Under the pieces are notes generated by a model. It saw only the letters and a program-made list of their open reading frames with translations. It did not search any database and was not told the DNA's origin. Below, piece by piece: positions 19,832 through 29,077 of a DNA stretch of 64,000 nt. Numbering within the stretch: the stretch's first letter is position 1; every line of letters begins with the position of its first letter. Source of the stretch: a virus (taxonomy: Duplodnaviria; Heunggongvirae; Uroviricota; Caudoviricetes). The DNA is taken from positions 80,073-144,072 of the IMG/VR virus record IMGVR_UViG_3300032308_002078, one strand, 5' to 3'. Both the position numbers and the translations under genes were made by a program.

Positions 19832-20593
19832 ATGATTGGACTGATATCACTCTTAAAAGAAATACAAGGCAAGCCAAAAGCAATTTTTATGGCTGGCCCT
19901 GCTGGTTCAGGTAAATCATTTATATCTCAAAAATTAGTACCTTCAAATTTTACTACTATTAATGTAGATGATACCTATGAGGAATTACTTAAATCCTCAG
20001 GTATCGGAATGAAATTAGCTAAAATGTCACCTGATGAATTAAAAAAATCAGGTGAGCTAATGGGTCAAGCAAGAAAAGCAACAGACGCTAAACTTCAAGA
20101 TGCTTCTAAAAATGCTAAAAATTTATTAATTGATAGTGTAGGTGGTTCATCTAAAATGTTACTTAAGAAAAAACAAGAATTAGAATCATTAGGTTACGAT
20201 ACGGCAATGATAATGACTTATGTATCTCCTATTACCTCACTAGAGCGTAATAAACAGCGAGACAGATCATTGTTGCCGAGTATTGTGATTCGTTCTTGGC
20301 GTGATGTAAATACCAATATAGACGCATACAGACAGGCGTTTGGTAACAATTTTTCCCTAGTAAATTTAGATCCTAAAGACGCTCAAAAAGATTTTGATGA
20401 GGATTTTATTTATAAAACTTACATTGAACCTTTAGGACAAGTAGGTAAGGAAAAATCACCTGAAGAAAAAGTAAAATCTAAAGCCGAGGCAGAACAATTA
20501 TATTCAGATATAAAACAAACTCTTAAATCACAACCAGAGTTTGATACAGTAGAACAAGCAAAAACAAAAATTACTAACTTTATAAACAAATGA
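19832..20593 (+). CDS. P-loop kinase (zeta-toxin/AAA_33-like) with capsid-targeting-like N-terminus
   Basis: Walker A FMAGPAGSGKS, INVDD, LLIDS and SLERNKQRDR lid motif. N-terminus MIGLISLLKE. Confidence 0.7.
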   Translation: MIGLISLLKEIQGKPKAIFMAGPAGSGKSFISQKLVPSNFTTINVDDTYEELLKSSGIGMKLAKMSPDELKKSGELMGQARKATDAKLQDASKNAKNLLIDSVGGSSKMLLKKKQELESLGYDTAMIMTYVSPITSLERNKQRDRSLLPSIVIRSWRDVNTNIDAYRQAFGNNFSLVNLDPKDAQKDFDEDFIYKTYIEPLGQVGKEKSPEEKVKSKAEAEQLYSDIKQTLKSQPEFDTVEQAKTKITNFINK

Positions 20594-20979
20594 AAACATT
20601 ACTAGATCTATTAAATGAAATAGAAGAGAAACAAATGAATCCAATTGAAGAAGCTGAAACTAATATGGTAGATGAAATTGGTAAATTTTTTGTAGTTGAA
20701 AAACCTAAATCCAAAAATGATAAAGTGGATGATATCATGTTTGAGTCTACTGTAACTTATTTTGCTAATCAAGTTAGAGGGGGTTTAGACGAAAAAACTG
20801 TTTTAGGTATTTATAAAGATAAAATGAGTGCCAAAAATAGAGCCTCAGAAGCTATTAAAGAGTTTGAAACTACTCTTAAAGAAATGGAAGATGCAATGGA
20901 AGCTTTCCGTGGTGCTAAAAAAGAAATTGAAGAAAAGAAAGCAGCTGCTAAAGAAAAAATTCAAAAACTTAAGCAATAA
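20590..20979 (+). CDS. Putative internal head protein
   Basis: N-terminus MKTLLDLLNE; C-terminal coiled coil. Confidence 0.55.
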   Translation: MKTLLDLLNEIEEKQMNPIEEAETNMVDEIGKFFVVEKPKSKNDKVDDIMFESTVTYFANQVRGGLDEKTVLGIYKDKMSAKNRASEAIKEFETTLKEMEDAMEAFRGAKKEIEEKKAAAKEKIQKLKQ

Positions 20980-23900
20980 TGAATGAACTAACTAAATTCC
21001 TTATTAAGGAACTGTTAGATGAATCTAAAACAGTAGCCATTTATGGTGGTGGGTTTAAACCACCTACCAAAGGTCATTTTAATGTTGCTGAGTTAGCTTT
21101 AAATGAATTACCAGATATAGATGAGTTAAAAATATTTGTTGGTAAAGGTGTTAGAGAAGGAATCACTCAAAAAGAATCTTTAGCAGTTTGGAACATTTAT
21201 AAAAAATATCTTTTACCTAAAGTTATCATAGAACCATCACCAAAAGGAGAACCAACAATGGATGTTATTCGTTATGCTAGAGAACATCCTGAAGAAAAAG
21301 TCTATTGGATTTTAGGCGCTAGAGATGGTGATGAAGGAGATATAAAAGATGTAGAGCAAAGAAAAAATTTATTAAAAAAATATCCTGAAGTTACAAATGT
21401 TGAGGTTAAAGTGATTACCTCAACAGGTGGTGTAAGTGGAACTAAAGCAAGACAATCCCTTAAAGCAAGAGATAAAGAACAATTCTTCCAATTTATCCCA
21501 GATATTAAAGAAAAAGAACAAGTATGGGATATTGTTTCTCCTGTTGTTAAAGAAGAAATTACTCCTGACCAAGTAAAACAAGCTGATACTTATGCTGACA
21601 AGCAATTAGCTCCAGTTGATGTTGATTTAACCTCAAAACATGTTTTTGATAGATTAACAAGCAGAGACTCAGATGTCACTTTAGCTCAATTAATTGGTTT
21701 CTTTAAAAGACTAGGTCAAAATAAAAAAGAATTTTTTGATTTCTTTAAAAAATATAAAGAGATTGTAGCTACAGATAAAAGAACTAACTTAAATATTCCT
21801 TTCCTTAATATGACAAATAAAGCAATAGCTAAAACCATTATGAGGAAAGATAATTTTATGTCTTCAAGTCCTAAATTAGTGTTTGAGGTAAGCAAAGAAA
21901 TAACACCTGATGATATAACTAGAATTTTAAAACGAACAGGTGAAGAGCAAGATTTATATGTTAAAGACTGGGATGAATTCACTCCGGAACTTTGTAATGA
22001 TGGGTTTTGTGATATATTTGCTGAAAAATTTAAAGAAGAATATCCTGGAGCTGAATTATGGCAAACTAGTGTTAGTACATCACCTTGGGGATTTGGACAT
22101 AGTTGGGTGAAATATAAAGATAAATTTTATGATGCTGAAACTCCAATTGGGGTTGAAGATTGGAGAGATTTACCTTACATCCAAAAATTATATCAAGTAG
22201 GTAAATCATATCCTGAAGATGTAAAACGAATAAATGAAGTAGGCGAGGCAAATCTTAAACCATACAAATGGGAAGAGGTTGATATGAATGGATGGGTTAC
22301 TTATGTTGAGTTTACAACAGAGAGTGAAACTGAATATAATGTAGATATAGCAACTGTTCCTTATTTTGATAAGGATTTAAATAATTACAAAGCTTTAGAA
22401 ATTGAATTTTTAGCTAAACCTAAAGATGCTCAAGGTTCATCTGCTAAAATAATAGTCAATAAAGGTGAACTTTATAGAGTAATGGCTACTATAACAGACA
22501 TAATTAAATATTATGTAAAGAAATTTAAAGCCAAAGCTATTTCATATTCACCTTCTAAAAAATCAGATGAGGAAGATTTTGGTTCTCAAAGAGACAATTT
22601 GTATAGAGCATTTATTTCTAAAGCAATACCAGGTGTAAGGTTTGAAAAAAACTCAAACTTTATAACAGCTATTTTACCTGACAATACAATCAATGAAGAA
22701 GATCCTAAAGTAGGAACAGGTAAAAAACCTAAAGGATCATCTCGTAGATTATACACAGATGAAGATCCTAAAGATACAGTTAGTATTAAATTTAAAACTA
22801 AAGAAGATATAGTTGATACTTTAAATAAAACATCTTTTAAAGCTAAATCTCATGCTCGTCAATCTCAAATAATTAATGTAGTTCATCAACGAGTAAGAGC
22901 AGCATATAGTAAAGCAAAAAATCCTGAGGTTAAATCAAGACTAAAACGTGCTTTAGATTATATTGAAAAACGTAAAGAAATGTCTAAAAAGAAAACAGAA
23001 CGTTTACGTAAAATGAAAGAAGCATCCGACCCACAAGCAGGTACAGCTTTACCATACGGTTCAGGATTTGCTCCTGTTAATGAAGGTCGTTATGATTCTA
23101 TAACTAGATTAGTAGTTAAAGATATAATAAATAGTTGGAAAAGTCAATTTAATGGTGAAGCCAGTGAGTTAAGATTTGAAGAAGATTATGAGTTAGAAAA
23201 TTCTAAAGGCCAACCCATTGACTTTGAACTTTTAGCTGTCTTAAATTTAAAAGAAACAGAAGATAAAACTTATATAGTAGATGGTGGAGCTAATGAAGAA
23301 TTAGATCCTCCTTATCTAGAAGTTAACTTTCAGGTTGACCCAAGGAATTTACCTAAAATGTGGTCTACTATATATAGTGATTTAATAGATGTTGTTAGAC
23401 ATGAAATAGAACATTTAACTCAATCAGGTGTTAATGTAATTTCTTCTAAAGAAATGGTTGATGACCAATCTATTAGACAAATGATTAATTGGGGTTTATT
23501 ACCTCAAGCTGAATATTTTAAGTTAGAAAAAGAAGTAGATGCTATGTTACAAGGCATGTACTTAAAAGCTAAAAAATCTAAAACACCTTTTAAAGATGTA
23601 ATTAATGATTACTTTGAAAAAGTAGGGCTAGAAGGTGAAGACAAGCAAGATGTTCTTGACTTATGGACTAAAAGACTAAAGGCATTAAACTTACCAGCTA
23701 TTCAAGAAAATGATACATTTGGTTTAAATGAATTAGCAAAAACCTTTATTAAAGAAACATTTGAAAAGGCTTGGAATCTCCAAGAAGGAATGTTATCTTT
23801 ATCTAAATATATGATAGACAATGGAATGAATATTAAACCATTGCCTAAAATAAAGGTTATAAAAGACGATGAAGAAAATGCGTCCCATCTTTTGGGTAAA

Positions 23901-24146
23901 ACAGCTTATTATGATCCGAATAATAAATCCATTACTCTCTATACTATGAATAGACACCCAAAAGATGTTTTACGTTCATTTGCTCATGAGATGGTTCATC
24001 ATGAACAAAATTTAGAAGGTAGATTAAATAATATTAATACTACTAATACAAATGAGGATGGAGATTTACCTGAGATTGAAAAAGAAGCATATGAAAAAGG
24101 AAATATGATGTTACGTAATTGGGAGGATAGTATTAAAAATGTATAA
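20979..24146 (+). CDS. Multidomain polyprotein: HxGH nucleotidyltransferase, Cys-His-Asp hydrolase-like module, two HExxH zinc-peptidase modules
   Basis: GGFKPPTKGH; FCDIFA...GHSWV...FYDAE; HEIEH...EVDA; HEMVH...EKEAY. Confidence 0.7.
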   Translation: MNELTKFLIKELLDESKTVAIYGGGFKPPTKGHFNVAELALNELPDIDELKIFVGKGVREGITQKESLAVWNIYKKYLLPKVIIEPSPKGEPTMDVIRYAREHPEEKVYWILGARDGDEGDIKDVEQRKNLLKKYPEVTNVEVKVITSTGGVSGTKARQSLKARDKEQFFQFIPDIKEKEQVWDIVSPVVKEEITPDQVKQADTYADKQLAPVDVDLTSKHVFDRLTSRDSDVTLAQLIGFFKRLGQNKKEFFDFFKKYKEIVATDKRTNLNIPFLNMTNKAIAKTIMRKDNFMSSSPKLVFEVSKEITPDDITRILKRTGEEQDLYVKDWDEFTPELCNDGFCDIFAEKFKEEYPGAELWQTSVSTSPWGFGHSWVKYKDKFYDAETPIGVEDWRDLPYIQKLYQVGKSYPEDVKRINEVGEANLKPYKWEEVDMNGWVTYVEFTTESETEYNVDIATVPYFDKDLNNYKALEIEFLAKPKDAQGSSAKIIVNKGELYRVMATITDIIKYYVKKFKAKAISYSPSKKSDEEDFGSQRDNLYRAFISKAIPGVRFEKNSNFITAILPDNTINEEDPKVGTGKKPKGSSRRLYTDEDPKDTVSIKFKTKEDIVDTLNKTSFKAKSHARQSQIINVVHQRVRAAYSKAKNPEVKSRLKRALDYIEKRKEMSKKKTERLRKMKEASDPQAGTALPYGSGFAPVNEGRYDSITRLVVKDIINSWKSQFNGEASELRFEEDYELENSKGQPIDFELLAVLNLKETEDKTYIVDGGANEELDPPYLEVNFQVDPRNLPKMWSTIYSDLIDVVRHEIEHLTQSGVNVISSKEMVDDQSIRQMINWGLLPQAEYFKLEKEVDAMLQGMYLKAKKSKTPFKDVINDYFEKVGLEGEDKQDVLDLWTKRLKALNLPAIQENDTFGLNELAKTFIKETFEKAWNLQEGMLSLSKYMIDNGMNIKPLPKIKVIKDDEENASHLLGKTAYYDPNNKSITLYTMNRHPKDVLRSFAHEMVHHEQNLEGRLNNINTTNTNEDGDLPEIEKEAYEKGNMMLRNWEDSIKNV

Positions 24147-24675
24147 GTTAACAGATTTATATAAACAACTAAAGGAGGAAGAAACTGAACCTCAACAACA
24201 GTATAAAATTTACTGTGACATGGATGGTGTTTTAACTAACTTTGAAAGCCGCTTTAAATCATTAAACCCAGAACATTTATCTCCAGCCCAATACCAGGCT
24301 AAATATAGTGTAGAAAAGTTTTGGAATTTTATTGATGAAGAAATAGGCGTTAAATTTTGGGTAGGAATGCCTTGGATGTCTGATGGTAAAGAGTTATGGG
24401 ATTATATTAAAGACAAACAACCAACTTTATTATCTGCTCCTTCAAGAAAACCACAATCTCGTTTAGGAAAAAGATTATGGGTTAAAAATAATATACCTGG
24501 AACTAAATTAATTTTATCCTCAGCTGATAAAAAACAAAATTACTCTAAACCAGATACCATACTTATCGACGATCGTCCTGACAACATTGACCAATGGAGG
24601 TTAAAAGGTGGTATAGGAATTTTACATACAAACACACAAGACACAATTAAACAACTACAAGCATATGGCCTTTAA
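24139..24675 (+). CDS. HAD-family 5'(3')-deoxyribonucleotidase-like phosphatase
   Basis: IYCDMDGVL, LLSAP, K..W and LIDDRPDNI motifs. N-terminus MYKLTDLYKQLKEE. Confidence 0.8.
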   Translation: MYKLTDLYKQLKEEETEPQQQYKIYCDMDGVLTNFESRFKSLNPEHLSPAQYQAKYSVEKFWNFIDEEIGVKFWVGMPWMSDGKELWDYIKDKQPTLLSAPSRKPQSRLGKRLWVKNNIPGTKLILSSADKKQNYSKPDTILIDDRPDNIDQWRLKGGIGILHTNTQDTIKQLQAYGL

Positions 24676-25450
24676 AAGAATAGTAGCAAACTCAGAAGAA
24701 GATTTGGAAACAATCATGAGTGATATTAAAGATTGGTTTAAAAATTCCAATGATTATAAAACTGAATTTAGCACTGAGAAACGTAAGTTTCAAGATCCTG
24801 ATACTAAAGCAATTGTTGAAAAAAGTATTGATGTTATTAAAGTAACAGATACTGCTAATGATAAGTTTTCAACTATTAAATTTCTTCCTATGAAAGAAAA
24901 AGGAGAAATGAAAGTAGAAATAGGTGGAGAAGGTGAAGCGGCTGTATCTGGTAAAATTTCTAACCAAATGAAAGGTAAAGGTAAACTAAAAAGCTATAGT
25001 AAAGATAAAAAAGTAGCTTTAAAAGAAGCCTTAGACAAACGTTTAGGACTTGTATTTTTAAAATATAAAGGACAATCGTTTCCTATGGATTATAAAACAG
25101 GTTCTAAATTTGAAAGATTTATTAAAGACTTAGAAAAATCAGGATACTTTTCAGATGAGGATGAAGTTTCAGATTTTATGTCAAGTAATGAATTTGAAAG
25201 ATACACTGATAAATTTAATGTTAGTTTAGAAGAACCAGGTTACAGTCCTGAAAAATTAAAATTAGCCCCTGAAAAGCCATCTTCAACTGTAGATTCTAAA
25301 CCTAGACAAACCAGAGATATGTCTACAAAACCAGGAGCAACTCCAGGAGCAACTTCATTGACAGATTTTGATTTACAAGAATTACTTAAAAAAGGTAAAG
25401 TTAAAACATCAGTATTAAAAGAAATTATTAAAAGAGAATACAAAAAATAA
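24665..25450 (+). CDS. Hypothetical protein
   Basis: 261-aa ORF in the operon, with internal LKEA and LVFE-type sites. Confidence 0.55.
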   Translation: MAFKRIVANSEEDLETIMSDIKDWFKNSNDYKTEFSTEKRKFQDPDTKAIVEKSIDVIKVTDTANDKFSTIKFLPMKEKGEMKVEIGGEGEAAVSGKISNQMKGKGKLKSYSKDKKVALKEALDKRLGLVFLKYKGQSFPMDYKTGSKFERFIKDLEKSGYFSDEDEVSDFMSSNEFERYTDKFNVSLEEPGYSPEKLKLAPEKPSSTVDSKPRQTRDMSTKPGATPGATSLTDFDLQELLKKGKVKTSVLKEIIKREYKK

Positions 25451-26022
25451 TGAGTAACGATTCGGTTTTAAAAAAAGAGTTCAAGTCTAAAGATGTAGAA
25501 CGTCTCCGTAACCTTGTAAAAGGTAAATATAGTGAGCGTACTACTATGGGAACTGGTTATACAAAAGCAAAAGAATTCCATAATGAAGGAGATATTTGGG
25601 AAGAAGATAGTCGAACATGGACAATCAAAAATGGCATAAAACAAAATATTACAAAATTAGATAAGGCAAAAGAAGGCATTGTTTTGCCTTTATTTTGCCC
25701 TAAGTGTTCTAAAGCAACTAAACAACATTTAGATAAAAAATGGTTTGTGATGTATGGTCATTGCTTTAATTGCCAGGTAGACCACGAACATCAACTTCGT
25801 AAAGAAGGTAAATTAGAAGCCTTTGAAAAAGATGTTATTAACCAACATTTAGAAGGTACTATTAAAGACTTTGAAGTGTGGTTTGATGAACTAATCAATG
25901 AAAAAGAAACCTTTATCACAGAAGCAGGTGATGTTGAAAAGTGGGATGGTAATGGTAAATCTCAATTACTTAAATATAAAGAGGAAGCTTTAGAGTATTT
26001 AAAGAAACAAAAGAAAGAATAA
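25450..26022 (+). CDS. Hypothetical zinc-finger protein
   Basis: CPKC and CFNC pairs. Confidence 0.55.
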   Translation: MSNDSVLKKEFKSKDVERLRNLVKGKYSERTTMGTGYTKAKEFHNEGDIWEEDSRTWTIKNGIKQNITKLDKAKEGIVLPLFCPKCSKATKQHLDKKWFVMYGHCFNCQVDHEHQLRKEGKLEAFEKDVINQHLEGTIKDFEVWFDELINEKETFITEAGDVEKWDGNGKSQLLKYKEEALEYLKKQKKE

Positions 26023-26041
26023 TATTTATTATATATTACAC

Positions 26042-27238
26042 ATGAAAGACATTCAAAAAATAAAAGAATTTTTCTCTCAACCTATGAAAGAATCATTAAC
26101 TGGAGGATACCCTCATACAAAATCATCAGGTGAAAATTTTGAAAAAATTACAATCACAGAACCAATAGATGATGCTACTAAAAATAAAATGATTAAAAAT
26201 TTTAGAGCAGCAGGTTGGGATGCTAAACCTAATAATGGTGGTGGTATTACTGCTATTAAAAAGGCAATGATGGAAGCTAAAAAAGAAACAGCTGTTGACA
26301 TGGCTAAAAAACAACTAGATCAATTAGGTGCCAAATATGAAATGTCAGGTAATAAATTTAAACCATTTAAAGTAATTTATAAGCCAACAGGCCAATCAGA
26401 TGAATTTTATGATACATTTGAAGATATTGTTGATTTATTTAACTTAAAAGGTGTTGTAAAATCATCAATAGGTGAAGCAAAATTCATGTCAGGAATGCTT
26501 TCAGGTAAAGACTTTATTAATGCTAAATTAAAAAATTATCCTAAAGCCAAAGCTAAAGTTAACCAATTAATTGATATGATTGGTGAATCAAAGTTTACAA
26601 TAGAAATGGCTGAGTGGATTTTTGATTTCTTTAATAATGCGCACTTTGAAAGTCCAATGAATGAAGCTCAAGAAGAAGATAAAGTAGATACCATTACAAT
26701 GGATGTTCCTTTGTTTATTCGTATGTTAGAATATTCAAGAGAAGATGCGGCTGAAGATATGGATTTACATGATATCACAGAAAAAGCAATTTCCTTAAAC
26801 AAAGAAAAAGATACTTTATCTATGGAAGATTATGATAAGATTGTAGGTTCTGCTGAAACAATGAATGAAGTTAACTTAAAGCAATCTAAATTATCATCAG
26901 CAGAATACCAACAAGCTAAAAAATTAAAAGATTTTAAATCAAGTGATTGGAAATGGAATGCTGATGAAGATTTATATATTAAAGTAGTTAAAGAAGCTAC
27001 AGACTACATGAAACGTAGAAAATCAGAAGATGATTATGCTACTAAAAAACCAAAACAACCAGCTTATACAGGTAAAACAGATTACCAAAAAGGTCGTGAG
27101 GCTGAAAAGAAACTAGCTGAAACTATTTTTTCTAAACTTAAAGAAGCTAAATCTACTCCATGTTGGAAAGGATATGAGCAAAAAGGAATGAAGAAAAAAG
27201 ACGGTAGACAGGTTCCTAATTGTGTTCCTAAAAATTAA
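26042..27238 (+). CDS. Modular putative internal head polyprotein
   Basis: Short modules separated by [MILV]xE sites. C-terminal CWKGYEQKGMKKKDGRQVPNCVP. Confidence 0.6.
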   Translation: MKDIQKIKEFFSQPMKESLTGGYPHTKSSGENFEKITITEPIDDATKNKMIKNFRAAGWDAKPNNGGGITAIKKAMMEAKKETAVDMAKKQLDQLGAKYEMSGNKFKPFKVIYKPTGQSDEFYDTFEDIVDLFNLKGVVKSSIGEAKFMSGMLSGKDFINAKLKNYPKAKAKVNQLIDMIGESKFTIEMAEWIFDFFNNAHFESPMNEAQEEDKVDTITMDVPLFIRMLEYSREDAAEDMDLHDITEKAISLNKEKDTLSMEDYDKIVGSAETMNEVNLKQSKLSSAEYQQAKKLKDFKSSDWKWNADEDLYIKVVKEATDYMKRRKSEDDYATKKPKQPAYTGKTDYQKGREAEKKLAETIFSKLKEAKSTPCWKGYEQKGMKKKDGRQVPNCVPKN

Positions 27239-27259
27239 TAATATTTATCAACATATATT

Positions 27260-28894
27260 ATGGCGAAATTTGACTTAAAAAAAGCAATATTAGAAAATAA
27301 AGCTACATTCTTTGGCTCCTTAACTGAAGGACAATTTTCTTGGATGACCCAAGACACAGGACAACAAATTGGATCCGAAGAAGAAAACATGATTCCAGTC
27401 TACATGTTTGATGATAAAGGCAAGTACTATTATGAAAAAAATTATGATGGGTATGGTGTATTTGGTGGAATGGATTATTATGAATTATTAGACAAAATGA
27501 ATGGTGGTAAGGGCGATAGAAGTAGAGGTATTGATTTAGCTTTTGATAAAGTAAAAACTGATAGTGAAATATTATTTCCCGCTTTAGTTACTAGACCTAA
27601 TGAGTTTGATTACACAACTCATGATTTTACTAAAGAAGCAAAACACGATCCTAACCAATCTTGGTATGCTGCTGAAGAAGATGAAGATTTTATTGATCAA
27701 AATGATGAAGAGGTATATGGATATGATGATGAAGATGAGGAAAATGAAGAAGAATTAGAAGAAGGATACATGGGTCAATTTTATGCTCCTGAGTATCTAG
27801 AGCAAAAATATGGTAAAGAAATGGCTTCAAAAATAGAAGCTGAAATTGAGGAAATGGATGAAAATTCTTATGACAGATTTACTGGAATGGAATCAGCTGA
27901 AGAAGTTGAAAATTATATCTCTGATATTAAAGATATGTTAAATTTAAATGAATTAAAAACTACAAATACAAAAATGAAAATGTCAGAATTTAAGGCTAAG
28001 ATCAAAGAAATGGTGTTAGCAGAAATGAACCTAGATGTAACTGATGAAACCTCAGGATATGATTTCTTAGCTGAAATTGAAGGCATGTTAGATGAAGAAG
28101 ATGGTTTAACTCCTCTTCAAGACTACATTTATCAATACGAAATAGAAATTAGTGGTGAAGATAGAGCACAAGAATTTTTAGATGATATTAGAAAATTAAA
28201 CACTCCAGATGATGTTTATAATTATTATGCTTATGATAGAGATTGGTCAGGTTCTATGGATGATGATTTAGAAAATATCTACAGACAAGTAAAAAGAAAA
28301 TTTAAAAATTTAGAAGAAGCTAAAAAAGACGAAGAAGTAGCAGATGAAGAAATTGAAGTAACAGATGAATTTTCTACAGAAGAACCCCAAGGTCCAGGTG
28401 GAATTGATGTTGCTCAAAACGCAGACGCTGACTTAACAGGTGATAAAAAAGATGTTCAAGACAACTTAGAAGCTGCTTTAGAAGCAGCTAAAGCTTTAGG
28501 TGATGATAAATTAGCTACTCAAATTGGTAACTCATTAACTTTCTTTACTAAACAACATGTTGTTAAAGAAGATTTAAATGAAGATGAAAACTTAACAGAA
28601 AGTAAATATAAAAAAGGCGATATGTTGCAAACATATGGTGGTGAAGAAGAAGTTACAGTAATAGATATAAAATCTAATTTAGCAGCTGCTTTAGCAGATA
28701 CTGAAAATCTTAAAGCTGTTGGATTACTTAAACAAAATTTACGTCAAAATCTTATAGATGATGAAGATAAAAATAAACCTTTTTATTTAGTAACATCTAA
28801 TTCCTTTCCAGAGGATATGTATTATGTTGAGTCTGAATTAAAAAGTTCAATAAATGAATCTATGTTCCCAATGTTAAAGAAAATTTTAAAATAA
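27260..28894 (+). CDS. Acidic modular putative internal head polyprotein
   Basis: N-terminus MAKFDLKKAILEN; many LxE sites. Confidence 0.6.
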   Translation: MAKFDLKKAILENKATFFGSLTEGQFSWMTQDTGQQIGSEEENMIPVYMFDDKGKYYYEKNYDGYGVFGGMDYYELLDKMNGGKGDRSRGIDLAFDKVKTDSEILFPALVTRPNEFDYTTHDFTKEAKHDPNQSWYAAEEDEDFIDQNDEEVYGYDDEDEENEEELEEGYMGQFYAPEYLEQKYGKEMASKIEAEIEEMDENSYDRFTGMESAEEVENYISDIKDMLNLNELKTTNTKMKMSEFKAKIKEMVLAEMNLDVTDETSGYDFLAEIEGMLDEEDGLTPLQDYIYQYEIEISGEDRAQEFLDDIRKLNTPDDVYNYYAYDRDWSGSMDDDLENIYRQVKRKFKNLEEAKKDEEVADEEIEVTDEFSTEEPQGPGGIDVAQNADADLTGDKKDVQDNLEAALEAAKALGDDKLATQIGNSLTFFTKQHVVKEDLNEDENLTESKYKKGDMLQTYGGEEEVTVIDIKSNLAAALADTENLKAVGLLKQNLRQNLIDDEDKNKPFYLVTSNSFPEDMYYVESELKSSINESMFPMLKKILK

Positions 28895-28900
28895 AAGTAT

Positions 28901-29071
28901 ATGAACACACAAGAATTAGCAGAAAAAATCGAGTTATTATTTGAAGAGTTTAAAGCAGAACACGCTAAAACTACAAAAGCAGCTCATGGCCGTGCCCGCA
29001 AGGCATTAGGTGAAATCAAGAAATTGGTTACCGAGTACCGTAAAGCTTCTATTGAAGAAGACAAAAAATAA
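28901..29071 (+). CDS. Histone H1-like (Hc1 family) small DNA-binding protein; not in the ORF track
   Basis: Translates as MNTQELAEKIELLFEEFKAEHAKTTKAAHGRARKALGEIKKLVTEYRKASIEEDKK (56 aa). KAAxxRARKA...xxxxRKxS resembles Bacteroidota Hc1-like proteins. Confidence 0.7.
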   Translation: MNTQELAEKIELLFEEFKAEHAKTTKAAHGRARKALGEIKKLVTEYRKASIEEDKK

Positions 29072-29077
29072 TAAACT

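Noticed and set aside
19832-20593. Epsilon-zeta toxin-antitoxin module
   Set aside because: No antitoxin-like upstream gene is evident. The P-loop similarity is only at family level.
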